Position numbers and translations under genes: made by a program. The notes under the pieces are model-generated. The model did no database searches. It was not told the origin of the DNA and was given only the letters and a program-made list of their open reading frames with translations. Below are positions 25,367 to 34,517 of a DNA stretch of 40,658 nucleotides, piece after piece; within the stretch, counting starts at the first letter, position 1, and each line of letters starts with the position of its first letter. Location of the stretch: NCBI GenBank assembly GCA_945888825.1, contig CAMDAT010000001.1, positions 1-40,658 on the forward strand, given 5' to 3'. Source of the stretch: Bifidobacterium breve (GTDB lineage: Bacteria > Actinomycetota > Acidimicrobiia > Acidimicrobiales > Microtrichaceae).

Positions 25367-26233
25367 TCAGTGTGCGCCGTGAGCAACACCGATGCGGCGA
25401 CGCAAGGGCACGCCAGCAGCGAACGCAACTATGAAGAAGACTGCAGACGTCAAAACGATGGTCGGTCCAGAAGCGACATCAAGGTGGTAGCTAGCGTTCA
25501 TGCCAACGAAGCCACTTACCGCACCGATCACTCCAGCCAGTATCAGCATGCGAGGAAAACTGTCGGTCAGCATGCGGGCGACTACAGCCGGGACGACCAG
25601 AGAGGCTGCTATCAAGGTCACGCCCAGGACGTTCATCGTCGAGATGACCGTGGCCGAGAGCAGCACCATGAGCAAGCCGTCAATCAGGCCAGTATTCACC
25701 CCGGTCGCCTTGGCTACTTCGGCGTCAAAGGTAGTAAATAAAAGTTGCCGATAGCCGAGGAAGATAAAGGCCAGTGCACATATTGACACCCCGATGATCA
25801 ACCAGACGTCCGCCAAGGTCACGCCCAGCACATTGCCGAACAACAACGCATCGGCATTTGGCCCGTTTGAACCGTAGATCTGCACGATTACAAGACCGAA
25901 CGCAAACGCAGCGGTAGTAACCACGCCAATCGCAGCATCCGAACCGATTGGTCGGCTGCGCACGATCGCGCCGATCGTAAGGGCAGCGAGTAAACCCCAG
26001 GCTCCTGCGCCGAGGAACAAGTTGATACCTAGTAGCCCCGCTACTGCGTAGCCCCCAAAGATCGCATGAGAGAGTCCGTGGCCGATGTAACTCATGTTGC
26101 GCAACACCACGTAGCTACCAACAACTCCGCATAACGCGCCGGCCAGAGTGGCCACGATGATCCCGTTGCGGAAGAACTCGAACTCGAACGGCTTCAGAAA
26201 ATCAATCGCCAGGACAGCGCCGCCACTCATCAC
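25367..26233 (-). CDS. Zn/Mn ABC transporter permease (ZnuB/ABC-3 type)
   Basis: GSYVVLRNMSYIGHGLSH, DAAIGV, LLFGNVL and TFDAEVA. Confidence 0.92.
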   Translation of the reverse strand: MMSGGAVLAIDFLKPFEFEFFRNGIIVATLAGALCGVVGSYVVLRNMSYIGHGLSHAIFGGYAVAGLLGINLFLGAGAWGLLAALTIGAIVRSRPIGSDAAIGVVTTAAFAFGLVIVQIYGSNGPNADALLFGNVLGVTLADVWLIIGVSICALAFIFLGYRQLLFTTFDAEVAKATGVNTGLIDGLLMVLLSATVISTMNVLGVTLIAASLVVPAVVARMLTDSFPRMLILAGVIGAVSGFVGMNASYHLDVASGPTIVLTSAVFFIVAFAAGVPLRRRIGVAHGAH

Positions 26234-26997
26234 GCGCTCTTTTCGTCAAGCAAAAACAGCGGCGAATCGACTACCACGCGCATACCGCCATGTTCGAGTA
26301 CGCGCATCGGCGATCCATAGGTGCGCTCAAGAACATCAGGAATCAAGACCTCGTTGGGTGAACCCTCTCCGATGACCGTTGTGTTGAGGCACACGATTCG
26401 TGGAAGGTGAGCAGCGATGCCGTTGAGGTCGTGCGTTGTGAGCACGATGGTCAGACCCTGCTCGTTCAGTTCACCGAGCAGGTGCAGGACTTCGTGACGC
26501 GTGCGGACGTCGAGTCCGGATGTTGGTTCATCAAGGAAGATCACCTTTGCGTCGGTGAACAAAGCACGAGCTAGGAACACGCGCTGCTGTTGGCCACCAG
26601 ACAGGTCGCGAATATGCCGCCCCTCCAACCCGCCAAGGCCTAGTCGTTCCGTTATCTCACAAATCTCGGCCCGTTCAGACCTCGTTATCCAAGGAGTACG
26701 CCATCCGCGCGCGCGAGCCATACCCACGCACTCGGCAACTGTCACGGGAAAGCTCCAGTCAATGTGTTCCACCTGCGGAACGAGCCCAACAGTGAGACCT
26801 GCACGCCGCTCAACCTGCCCCGAAAGGGGCGCAACGCTGCCCAACAAGGCCTTCAACAGCGTCGACTTACCTGATCCGGACGGACCGACGATGCCGAGCA
26901 GATCGCCTTCAGCGACCTCAAGGTCGACCTCGACGAGCACCGGTTCTGATCCATAGGTAACGGTCAGGTTCGTTGCCTGAATAAAGACCTCGTTCAT
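26230..26997 (-). CDS. Zn/Mn ABC transporter ATP-binding protein (ZnuC type)
   Basis: GPSGSGKST, FPVTV, LSGGQQQR, LDEPTSGLD and THDL. Confidence 0.93.
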   Translation of the reverse strand: MNEVFIQATNLTVTYGSEPVLVEVDLEVAEGDLLGIVGPSGSGKSTLLKALLGSVAPLSGQVERRAGLTVGLVPQVEHIDWSFPVTVAECVGMARARGWRTPWITRSERAEICEITERLGLGGLEGRHIRDLSGGQQQRVFLARALFTDAKVIFLDEPTSGLDVRTRHEVLHLLGELNEQGLTIVLTTHDLNGIAAHLPRIVCLNTTVIGEGSPNEVLIPDVLERTYGSPMRVLEHGGMRVVVDSPLFLLDEKSA

Positions 26998-28046
26998 TGC
27001 GGGTACGAGGAGGAATCGGGTGCGGTGTTGCGGACGTCAAAGTTGGTGAGCGCGATTGGATTACCACCTAAAGCTTCGGTCATGGTGATGAAATTGAACT
27101 TCATTAAACCAACCCACGAGTGATCAGCTTCGCCAGGCTCACCAGGCAGATCGTCGTCACGGAGGTCATCGACGTACTCTGCACCGGTCTCCCTGGCGAT
27201 CTGTTCAAGTACCGGAGATGGAAACACCTCCGAGCCAAACACCGCAGGAACATTCTCTTTTCGAATCTGTTCGACAAGCTTGATCACATCCGAAGCCGTG
27301 GGCTCGCCAAAGTCTGCGGGCTGTACGGCACCGACAACATCGAAGTCGTACGAGTCGGCAAAGTAGGCATAGGCATCGTGGTAGGTGACCAGCTTGCGTT
27401 TCGCGGCAGGAATCGTAGCGAAGGCCTCGACAGCCTTTGCGTCGAATTCATCAACGAGATCTACGAACGCCTCGAAGTTGGTGTTGTACTCGGATTCACC
27501 GGCGGGGTCGACTTCAATCATCGTGTCGCGAATCAGACCGGCATAAACTTTGACCAACTTCGGATCGGTCCAGAGGTGTGGGTTGGGTTTGCCTTCAGAC
27601 TCTGGAAACGAGAAGTCGTACTTGTACTGCTCCGGGCTAAGTGTTTCGTCACCGAGTGCGACAAGCGGCACCCCGTCACTGAGGTTCGCCTCGGCAAGGT
27701 TTTTGGTCGGTTCTTCCAACTGGAGGCCGTTGATGAATAACACGTCGGCGGTACTCAGCACTTCAGCTGCCGATGGCGGGGGCTCAAACGTGTGTGAGTT
27801 CGTCCCTTCTGGCACGATGCCAACAATCTGGGCTCGATCCCCGATGATGCTTGCAGCGATTGAGGTGATCGGCGCCACCGTAGTGACCACCACGAGTTCC
27901 TCGGGCGAGAATTGGGCCGCCTCGCCTGCTTTGTTAGCAGCCTGAGATGCGGAGTCAGAGGATGCATCACTGCTGCAAGACATAACAACAAGACTCGCAA
28001 TTGCGCAAAGCGCTACTACACGGAGGCACTGCAAAGGGGGCATCAT
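26994..28046 (-). CDS. Zn/Mn ABC transporter substrate-binding lipoprotein (ZnuA/TroA cluster)
   Basis: Lipobox VMSC and the metal-ligand motifs SHTFEP, NPHLWTDP and YHDAY. Confidence 0.92.
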   Translation of the reverse strand: MMPPLQCLRVVALCAIASLVVMSCSSDASSDSASQAANKAGEAAQFSPEELVVVTTVAPITSIAASIIGDRAQIVGIVPEGTNSHTFEPPPSAAEVLSTADVLFINGLQLEEPTKNLAEANLSDGVPLVALGDETLSPEQYKYDFSFPESEGKPNPHLWTDPKLVKVYAGLIRDTMIEVDPAGESEYNTNFEAFVDLVDEFDAKAVEAFATIPAAKRKLVTYHDAYAYFADSYDFDVVGAVQPADFGEPTASDVIKLVEQIRKENVPAVFGSEVFPSPVLEQIARETGAEYVDDLRDDDLPGEPGEADHSWVGLMKFNFITMTEALGGNPIALTNFDVRNTAPDSSSYPQ

Positions 28047-28057
28047 TTCAATCTAGA

Positions 28058-28072
28058 TGCGAACAGCTCGCA
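28058..28072. promoter_or_regulatory. Candidate Fur-family operator, 7-1-7 inverted repeat TGCGAAC-A-GCTCGCA (1 mismatch)
   Basis: Lies just upstream of a minus-strand TAGATT (-10-like, 28050-28055) and the ABC operon start. Confidence 0.45.
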
Positions 28073-28176
28073 ACACTTGTCGGCCCCTGAGACGTCCTGC
28101 TCAGCGAGTCGCACCTAGCGAGTCAGACCTCGTTGGGAGGCACTTTGGCCAAGCAGAGGGACCTGAATAGACTCTG

Positions 28177-29730
28177 ATGATGTCGACTGGAAATGGCTTC
28201 GCCGCCATCGTTACCGAGTGCGGACCGAATCGTTTAGTGGTCGGTAAAATTAGCGAAGATACTGCTCGCGAGCTTTTGCAGTTCGCTAGCAATGGCGGTT
28301 CGGTTCTGCTTGCGCTCGAGCCAGATAATGAGGCTGCGTCTGAGATTGCTGGGGTGCGCGTCATCTCCTCTCTGCCCTGTACTGAGTGGTACGTCACACT
28401 GGCGGATACTCCCGAGGCAGTCCGCCTGACAGGCGAGGTTCCCGTTACGTCGAAGCTAAACACGCTCGAAATCACCCGCACTGATGTAACAATCGCAGCT
28501 ACCACTAGCGTTCGGTTCGAGCATCAACCGACGCTGGCAGTGCGCACGGTCGGAACCGGACGCATCGTATCGAGCGGCATTGCCGACCTTGATGCACTCA
28601 TGCGCCACGATGTGCTCGGCTCTTTCGTTACCCGCCTTCTTCGACCTTCGTTCCCTGCTTCTACGCCGACGCTGGGCCTAGCAGTCGTTGGGTACGGACC
28701 ATTCGGCGGAATGGGCTACCTCCACGGTCTAGCGGCAACCGAAACCGAGGGTCTGGCCTTCGTTGCAGTTGCCGATAATGCAGCTGAGCGTACCCAGGCG
28801 GCACGTGTGGATTTCCCCGATGTCGCTTCTCACAATTCGGCAACCTCATTGGCCGCCGACGAAAGTGTCGATCTCGTCGTCATTGCTACGCCTCCAAGCT
28901 TCCATGCCGGACTGGCTATTGAATTGCTACGTGCCGGCAAGCACGTCGTTCTAGAAAAGCCGATGGCTCTTACACGAGCCGATGCCGAACGTGTCATTGC
29001 CATCGCGGCCGAGAATGACCGCATGGTAACGGTGCATCAGAGCCGTAGATGGGACACCGACTTTCTTGCTGTCAAGCGGCTGGTAACTAACGGAGACCTT
29101 GGTGAAGTATTTACTATAGAAACCTTCGTAGGCGGCTTCGATCACCCGTGCCGTGCCTGGCACTCAGAGGACTCAATCTCGGGTGGGGCGGTGTTCGACT
29201 GGGGTTCTCATCACGTCGACTGGATCAATCAGCTATACGACAGCGCCCCGAGCCGAGTTCTGTGCAGCACACATACCCGTGTCTGGCACGACACATCAAA
29301 CGTCGACCAGTTGTCACTGTGGATGCAATGGTCAGATGGGCGAGAAGCGACCTTTCGCCAAAGCGATGTCTGCGCAATCCGTCGCCCGAAGTTTCATATC
29401 GAGGGCACCAACGCCACGTTGGAAGGGCACTACCGGCCTTTACGCACTGAGTCTGTAGTACCCGGGCGTGGCTACGTTGAGCAGATGAGCCATCACGCCG
29501 AGGCACCTGTTGATCTCACTGTTGCCCGTTACGACGGACCGAACGGGATCGTCACCTCGACGGTACGACCCGCTCAAGATCCGGGCTGGGCATTCCACCG
29601 TAACTTGGCCGACCACTTGCTATTGAGTGAAGAACTCGCGGTACGGCCCGAGCAGTCTTGCGAGGTGGTAGCAGTCCTCGAAGCAGCGCATCGTTCCGGC
29701 CTCGAAGGCGGCTCCCTGATCGAGATCTAA
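28177..29730 (+). CDS. Gfo/Idh/MocA oxidoreductase with a degenerate N-terminal ThuA-like domain
   Basis: VVGYG...GMG..H, VIATPPSFH, GKHVVLEKP, HQSRRWD and GGAVFDWGSH, plus about 155 extra N-terminal residues. Confidence 0.85.
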   Translation: MMSTGNGFAAIVTECGPNRLVVGKISEDTARELLQFASNGGSVLLALEPDNEAASEIAGVRVISSLPCTEWYVTLADTPEAVRLTGEVPVTSKLNTLEITRTDVTIAATTSVRFEHQPTLAVRTVGTGRIVSSGIADLDALMRHDVLGSFVTRLLRPSFPASTPTLGLAVVGYGPFGGMGYLHGLAATETEGLAFVAVADNAAERTQAARVDFPDVASHNSATSLAADESVDLVVIATPPSFHAGLAIELLRAGKHVVLEKPMALTRADAERVIAIAAENDRMVTVHQSRRWDTDFLAVKRLVTNGDLGEVFTIETFVGGFDHPCRAWHSEDSISGGAVFDWGSHHVDWINQLYDSAPSRVLCSTHTRVWHDTSNVDQLSLWMQWSDGREATFRQSDVCAIRRPKFHIEGTNATLEGHYRPLRTESVVPGRGYVEQMSHHAEAPVDLTVARYDGPNGIVTSTVRPAQDPGWAFHRNLADHLLLSEELAVRPEQSCEVVAVLEAAHRSGLEGGSLIEI

Positions 29731-29732
29731 CG

Positions 29733-30704
29733 ATGCCATCGGCTGAGCGAGCAGTTGGCATAGGCGTGCTCGGAGCACGCTCAATGGTGGCGCGATTGGC
29801 AATATTCCCTGCCCTTGATGCTAGCCAAGAAGCCAATCTGGTGGCCGCTGCCTCCCTAAGTGGTCCAGTGCCAGCGCCGTGGGACCGCTACACGGTCGCC
29901 GACTATGACGCCGTCATCGACCACCCCGACGTGGAAGCTGTGTACATCCCATTACCGAACGATCTGCACCGGAGGTGGGCGCTACGTGCTGCCGATGCAG
30001 GCAAACACGTGCTCTGTGAGAAACCACTCGCAGCGAACGTCGAGGCGGCGCAGCAGATGCGTATCGGCTGTAACGATGCCGGTGTGCTTCTAGCTGAAGC
30101 CTGGATGACGCCGTTCGATCCGCGATGGGAGCGGACGTTCGAGCTAGTGGCCGAGGGCTTGATCGGGACCGTCACGGAGGTCACTGCGGCGTTCACATTC
30201 ACCATCGGACCTGAAGCAGCCGAGAACTACCGATGGCGGCCCGAGCACGGCGGAGGTGCGCTGTTAGATGTTGGGATCTACTGCCTTGGACCCGCCGTCC
30301 GGCTTTGGGGCTCAGTTCCCGCCACAATCAAGGCCTCGATCCAACAAGCCGAATCAGGAGTCGATGCTACGACCGCAGTCGAACTCATTTGGCCTGGTGG
30401 ACAAGTCGCTCGTGCTCGCTGTTCTTTCGTCGAAGCCGAACAACAGCGACTTGAACTCATCGGAACTTCTGGCAGCCTTACGCTCAACGGTGATGCTCAC
30501 ACCGGCGGCAAGCAAGCCACAATGATCCAACACCTTGATAGTGCAGGTGCCCACCAAATCTATGTAGAGCCTGATGATCCATACCGTCGCATGATTGATG
30601 CCTTCGCAGCGGCGGTGCGCGGCACACAACCTTGGCCCCGCCCAGTTGAATCAAGTATTGAAATGCTCAAGCTTTTGAACAAAATACGTGAGGCTGCGCA
30701 ATGA
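29733..30704 (+). CDS. Gfo/Idh/MocA oxidoreductase
   Basis: VYIPLPNDLH, GKHVLCEKPLA and GGGALLDVGIYC. Start at ATG 29733, just after the upstream stop. Confidence 0.9.
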   Translation: MPSAERAVGIGVLGARSMVARLAIFPALDASQEANLVAAASLSGPVPAPWDRYTVADYDAVIDHPDVEAVYIPLPNDLHRRWALRAADAGKHVLCEKPLAANVEAAQQMRIGCNDAGVLLAEAWMTPFDPRWERTFELVAEGLIGTVTEVTAAFTFTIGPEAAENYRWRPEHGGGALLDVGIYCLGPAVRLWGSVPATIKASIQQAESGVDATTAVELIWPGGQVARARCSFVEAEQQRLELIGTSGSLTLNGDAHTGGKQATMIQHLDSAGAHQIYVEPDDPYRRMIDAFAAAVRGTQPWPRPVESSIEMLKLLNKIREAAQ

Positions 30705-31612
30705 CTACCCCAATGGATACCGAGCGTCGAATCCAGCCTTCCGTAGTGAGCTTCCAGTTAGCCTCAGGCGTCGAACTGCGAGGCCTCAGCTGGCAACCGC
30801 CAGAGGATTTTGACGGCGTGCTCCTTCCTCCGTGTCTCCTCGTGCACGGCTTGGCCTCGAATGCCCGGCTTTGGGATGGCGTGGCCTGGCGACTCGCTCA
30901 GGCAGGTCATCCGGTAGTTGCGATCGACCAGCGTGGCCATGGCCACTCCTCCAAGCCCGACTCCGGCTACGAGATGGCAACTGTGGCTGACGATCTTGCT
31001 CTGCTCATCGATGCCATGCAGTGGAAGCAGCCACTCGTGGCAGGGCAATCTTGGGGTGCCAACGTCGTCATCGAACTCGCCTACCGCCACCCGAGTTCGG
31101 CCCGTGCGATTGCGTGCGTAGACGGCGGCTTCATCGAACTCAAGCAACGCTTTCCTAACTGGGAGGATGCTCAAGAGGTCATGGCGCCACCAAAAATGAT
31201 TGGTATGCCGTTCGTTAGATTCCAAGCTTTGATGGCCGGCGCGTACCCAGATTGGCCCGAGGAAGGCCGTCAAGGGCAACTTGCGAACTTTGAGGTTCGC
31301 GCTGACGGCACCATCGCCCCGTGGCTCACCTTTGAACGCCATATGCAAGTGCTTCACGGCCTGTGGGAACACTCTCCCTCTACCCGTTATGCATCGATCA
31401 ATACGCCTGTACTGTGGCTGCCTGCCGACACCGGTGAGGTGGATTGGACCCATTCAAAAGAGGACGCAATTCTCTCGGCCGCTGCCGCTCTTGCGCACAG
31501 TCGAATTGAGTGGTTCAGCCCTGCTCATCATGATGTGCACGCTCAGCACCCGAGTGACGTGGCATTACTTTTGCACCGAGCCGCAACCGAACCCGACTGG
31601 ATCTCCGCATGA
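30701..31612 (+). CDS. Alpha/beta fold hydrolase
   Basis: VHGLASN, DQRGHGHS, nucleophile elbow GQSWG and catalytic His in AHHDVH. Confidence 0.9.
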   Translation: MTTPMDTERRIQPSVVSFQLASGVELRGLSWQPPEDFDGVLLPPCLLVHGLASNARLWDGVAWRLAQAGHPVVAIDQRGHGHSSKPDSGYEMATVADDLALLIDAMQWKQPLVAGQSWGANVVIELAYRHPSSARAIACVDGGFIELKQRFPNWEDAQEVMAPPKMIGMPFVRFQALMAGAYPDWPEEGRQGQLANFEVRADGTIAPWLTFERHMQVLHGLWEHSPSTRYASINTPVLWLPADTGEVDWTHSKEDAILSAAAALAHSRIEWFSPAHHDVHAQHPSDVALLLHRAATEPDWISA

Positions 31613-32916
31613 CCGAAACGCCAACAACCCCGGCACGACTCCCTCGCCTACTTGTCATCATGGGCTCGGGCGAAACGGCACCCACCATGACGGTGCCTCA
31701 CCGTCGGGTATTCGAACGTCTCGCCGAGGCCACGGGTGACCAGATCAATGCTGTGCTGCTCGACACGCCGTTCGGCTTTCAGGAAAACGTCAACGAATTA
31801 GCAGCGAAAACTACCGACTATTTTCGGGACGCTACCGGAAGGCAAGTCGAGATCGCCGGGCTAGCACGCACAGACCATGGCGACGTAGTGGCGATCGAGA
31901 CGGCAATTGCCAAGATTCGATCAGCCGATTGGTTATTCGCCGGACCAGGAAGTCCAACATTCGCGCTGAGGCAGTGGAAGGACACCGCAGTACCAATTGC
32001 AATATCGGAGAAGCTCCAGAGTGGGGGCGCCATCGTGTTTTCCTCGGCCGCTGCGCTCACGCTCGGACGGAAGACCATCCCGGTTTACGAGATCTACAAA
32101 TCAGGTTTTGATCCGTATTGGGTTGACGGGCTGGATGTACTCACTGCTATCGGTCTTCCGGTGGTTGTGATCCCTCACTACGACAATAAGGAGGGCGGCA
32201 ATCATGACACCACGAAGTGTTACCTCGGCGAGCGCCGTCTTTTGATGCTCGAACCCGAACTTGAGGACGAGGTATTCATCCTCGGAATCGACGAACACAC
32301 AGGCGTCATCATTGATCTCGATACAGAGATCGCCGAGGTCGTCGGCAAGGGCGCCATCACGCTCCGTAAGGATGCAAAGTCGGTGCGGATAGAAGCTGGT
32401 GAACTGGTACCACTGGCAAAATTGCGCAACGGCCCTTTCGGACAAGTCGATGTTGCAACCCCTGCTCGACTTACACCTAGTGCTATCTCACCGGATCAGG
32501 CCGATAGCGCGACCGATGCTTCGATCCCATCGCTTGCGTCCGATGCATCTCGCTTAGAAACTGCCTTCGAGAAGGCACTGAGTAATCGCGACGCAGACGG
32601 CGCTGTTGCTGCCATCCTCGACCTAGATTCCGCCATCATCTCATGGTCAAACGACACGCTGCAGGGAGACGATCTCGAACGAGCCCGAACTGCGCTCCGC
32701 TCAATGATCGTTCGTTTGGGCGCAGCCGCCACGGGTGGAGTACGCGACTCTCGCGAGGTTCTCGGCCCCATCGTCGAAGCAGCCTTAGCTGCACGAGTCA
32801 CCGCTCGCACCGAGAAGGCGTACGCAGTGAGCGATGCGATTCGCGACAACCTTGCTGCCGCTGGCATTGAGGTACGTGACACAGAGACCGGCGTTGACTG
32901 GTCGATTATTGACTGA
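31609..32916 (+). CDS. Peptidase S51/cyanophycinase-like (class I GATase fold) domain fused to the cysteinyl-tRNA-synthetase C-terminal anticodon-binding region
   Basis: IMGSGE, FAGPGSP, FSSAAA, IPHYD and GIDEHT, then C-terminal ARTEKAYAVSDAIRDNLAAAGIEVRDTETGVDW. Confidence 0.78.
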   Translation: MTETPTTPARLPRLLVIMGSGETAPTMTVPHRRVFERLAEATGDQINAVLLDTPFGFQENVNELAAKTTDYFRDATGRQVEIAGLARTDHGDVVAIETAIAKIRSADWLFAGPGSPTFALRQWKDTAVPIAISEKLQSGGAIVFSSAAALTLGRKTIPVYEIYKSGFDPYWVDGLDVLTAIGLPVVVIPHYDNKEGGNHDTTKCYLGERRLLMLEPELEDEVFILGIDEHTGVIIDLDTEIAEVVGKGAITLRKDAKSVRIEAGELVPLAKLRNGPFGQVDVATPARLTPSAISPDQADSATDASIPSLASDASRLETAFEKALSNRDADGAVAAILDLDSAIISWSNDTLQGDDLERARTALRSMIVRLGAAATGGVRDSREVLGPIVEAALAARVTARTEKAYAVSDAIRDNLAAAGIEVRDTETGVDWSIID

Positions 32917-32949
32917 AAGACCAGGACCGAGCAGGTGCTCTCGGCAACC

Positions 32950-32978
32950 TTGCACCTCACCCCCGATTTGGCTACGTT
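32950..32978 (+). promoter_or_regulatory. Sigma-70-type promoter TTGCAC-N17-TACGTT for a probably leaderless TetR transcript
   Basis: -35 at 32950-32955, -10 at 32973-32978, and an in-frame GTG 7 nt later at 32986. Confidence 0.6.
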
Positions 32979-32985
32979 TTCCGAT

Positions 32986-33786
32986 GTGCCTTCGGAAAAC
33001 GATGACCTAGCTCCAACGCTCATCCAGCAGACATCCCCCGATCGCCGCACCCGTAAGCGTGATGCCCGCCGCGAACATCTTTTGGACTTGGCAGCTGACA
33101 TCGTCGAGGAGGCTGGCGTCGACGGCCTGACCATGGCAGCACTTGCACAGGCTGCTGATTACGCAACGGCTTCGCTCTATACCTACTTCGCTTCAAGAAG
33201 CGCTCTGCTCGCAGCCTTACAGCAACGAGCACTGTTGGTTCTGCATGATCTAGCCGAACAGCGTGTGGCCCAGTGGAAGGCAGCCCTTCGCACGGCCACA
33301 CCCACGCCCACCGATCAGGTCGCTTCGCTGGCATTGCTCTGGGCCTTTTCAGATCTCTTCTTATCTGCTCCGCAAACCCACCCCAGGGAATTTCGGCTGC
33401 AGCAGCAACTGCTCGTAAATGCTGGAGCAGAAAACACCGCTGACGCTGCCGGAGTCGTACCAGTAGCCATGCTCGTGTTGGATGTACCTCGACGCTTACT
33501 TGCCGCTGCAATCACGAGCGGAGCCCTACATCCGCAGCCGCCTACATCGAACCCGCTCGAAGAGTCGCTAGAAGGATCCTTGGTACGAACCTTCGCCTGG
33601 GTGCTCGGACTCAACGGGGCGCTCATGGCAGACGGGCTGAGCACGGGACTACCAACCACCGGCGCAGCCCTAGGTGAAGTACTGACTCAGGGCCTGCTTC
33701 AGGGCTGGGGCGCATCCCCAAAGGACTCCGCTCTTGCTCGCTCACTGGGCCAATCACTGGGCCAATCAATGGGCAGGCAGCCATGA
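32986..33786 (+). CDS. TetR/AcrR family transcriptional regulator
   Basis: HTH region LLDLAADIVEEAGVDGLTMAALAQAADYATASLYTYFASRSALL. Start reassigned from the promoter position. Confidence 0.88.
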   Translation: MPSENDDLAPTLIQQTSPDRRTRKRDARREHLLDLAADIVEEAGVDGLTMAALAQAADYATASLYTYFASRSALLAALQQRALLVLHDLAEQRVAQWKAALRTATPTPTDQVASLALLWAFSDLFLSAPQTHPREFRLQQQLLVNAGAENTADAAGVVPVAMLVLDVPRRLLAAAITSGALHPQPPTSNPLEESLEGSLVRTFAWVLGLNGALMADGLSTGLPTTGAALGEVLTQGLLQGWGASPKDSALARSLGQSLGQSMGRQP

Positions 33787-34421
33787 CCATCCTGCTCACT
33801 GTTCTGCTAGCCGCAGCGGCATTCATTCTGGGTGCGTTCTTGTGGAGTTTTGCCGAATACCTGTTGCACCGTTTTGCCATGCATGAACTCAAAGGCAAGG
33901 GCATGATGAGCCGCGAGCACCTTGAGCATCACGTGCGCTCGACCTGGTCATTCTCGGCCACTCATATTCTGAGCTGGATCGGCATGCTGCTCGTGGGTGC
34001 AGTTCTTTGGATGCCTATTGGCTGGATTCTTGTCGGGCCTGTCGCCGGAATCGCCTTGGCCTTGGGCTGGGCATGCGGATACTTCTTCTATGAGTATCAA
34101 CATGCCGTGGCTCATCGCCGAGCGCCCAAAAACCGCTATCAGCGTTGGGTCCGACAGAATCATTTCCAGCATCACTTTGGCCAGCCAATGAAGAATCACG
34201 GTGTCAGTACCCTGATCTGGGACAAGGCCTTTGGCACCTATGTGCAGACCGAGATAGTGAGAGTTCCAAGGCGACTGGCCCTGCCATGGATGATCGAGAA
34301 TGGCGAACTCCTGCCTGAGTTCACCGACACCTACATCCTTGTCGGTGCCCTTGATGACTCCGAACGCCTTGCAGCAATCGACCGAGCCCGAGCGTTCGCC
34401 TCGATAGCCCCACCCGACTAA
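33783..34421 (+). CDS. Fatty acid hydroxylase / sterol desaturase family membrane di-iron enzyme
   Basis: His boxes EYLLHRFAMH, HLEHH, YEYQHAVAH and HFQHHF, plus NHGVST..WDKAFGT. Confidence 0.88.
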   Translation: MTILLTVLLAAAAFILGAFLWSFAEYLLHRFAMHELKGKGMMSREHLEHHVRSTWSFSATHILSWIGMLLVGAVLWMPIGWILVGPVAGIALALGWACGYFFYEYQHAVAHRRAPKNRYQRWVRQNHFQHHFGQPMKNHGVSTLIWDKAFGTYVQTEIVRVPRRLALPWMIENGELLPEFTDTYILVGALDDSERLAAIDRARAFASIAPPD

Positions 34422-34517
34422 CCCTCAAGCTGCAAGCCATTGACAGGGTCCAAGTTGTGCAGAAGACTCAGGTCGGGGAAGTTTCGACTGTTTCCGGTGG
34501 TGGGCACCGCGTGACCG

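Noticed and set aside
28060-28070. A further LexA box (CGAAC-A-GCTCG)
   Set aside because: Half-site spacing is 1 nt rather than 4; it fits a Fur-type 7-1-7 repeat better.
31609-32916. Cysteinyl-tRNA synthetase (cysS)
   Set aside because: It lacks the Rossmann catalytic domain, HIGH/KMSKS motifs and Zn ligands; only the C-terminal part resembles CysRS.
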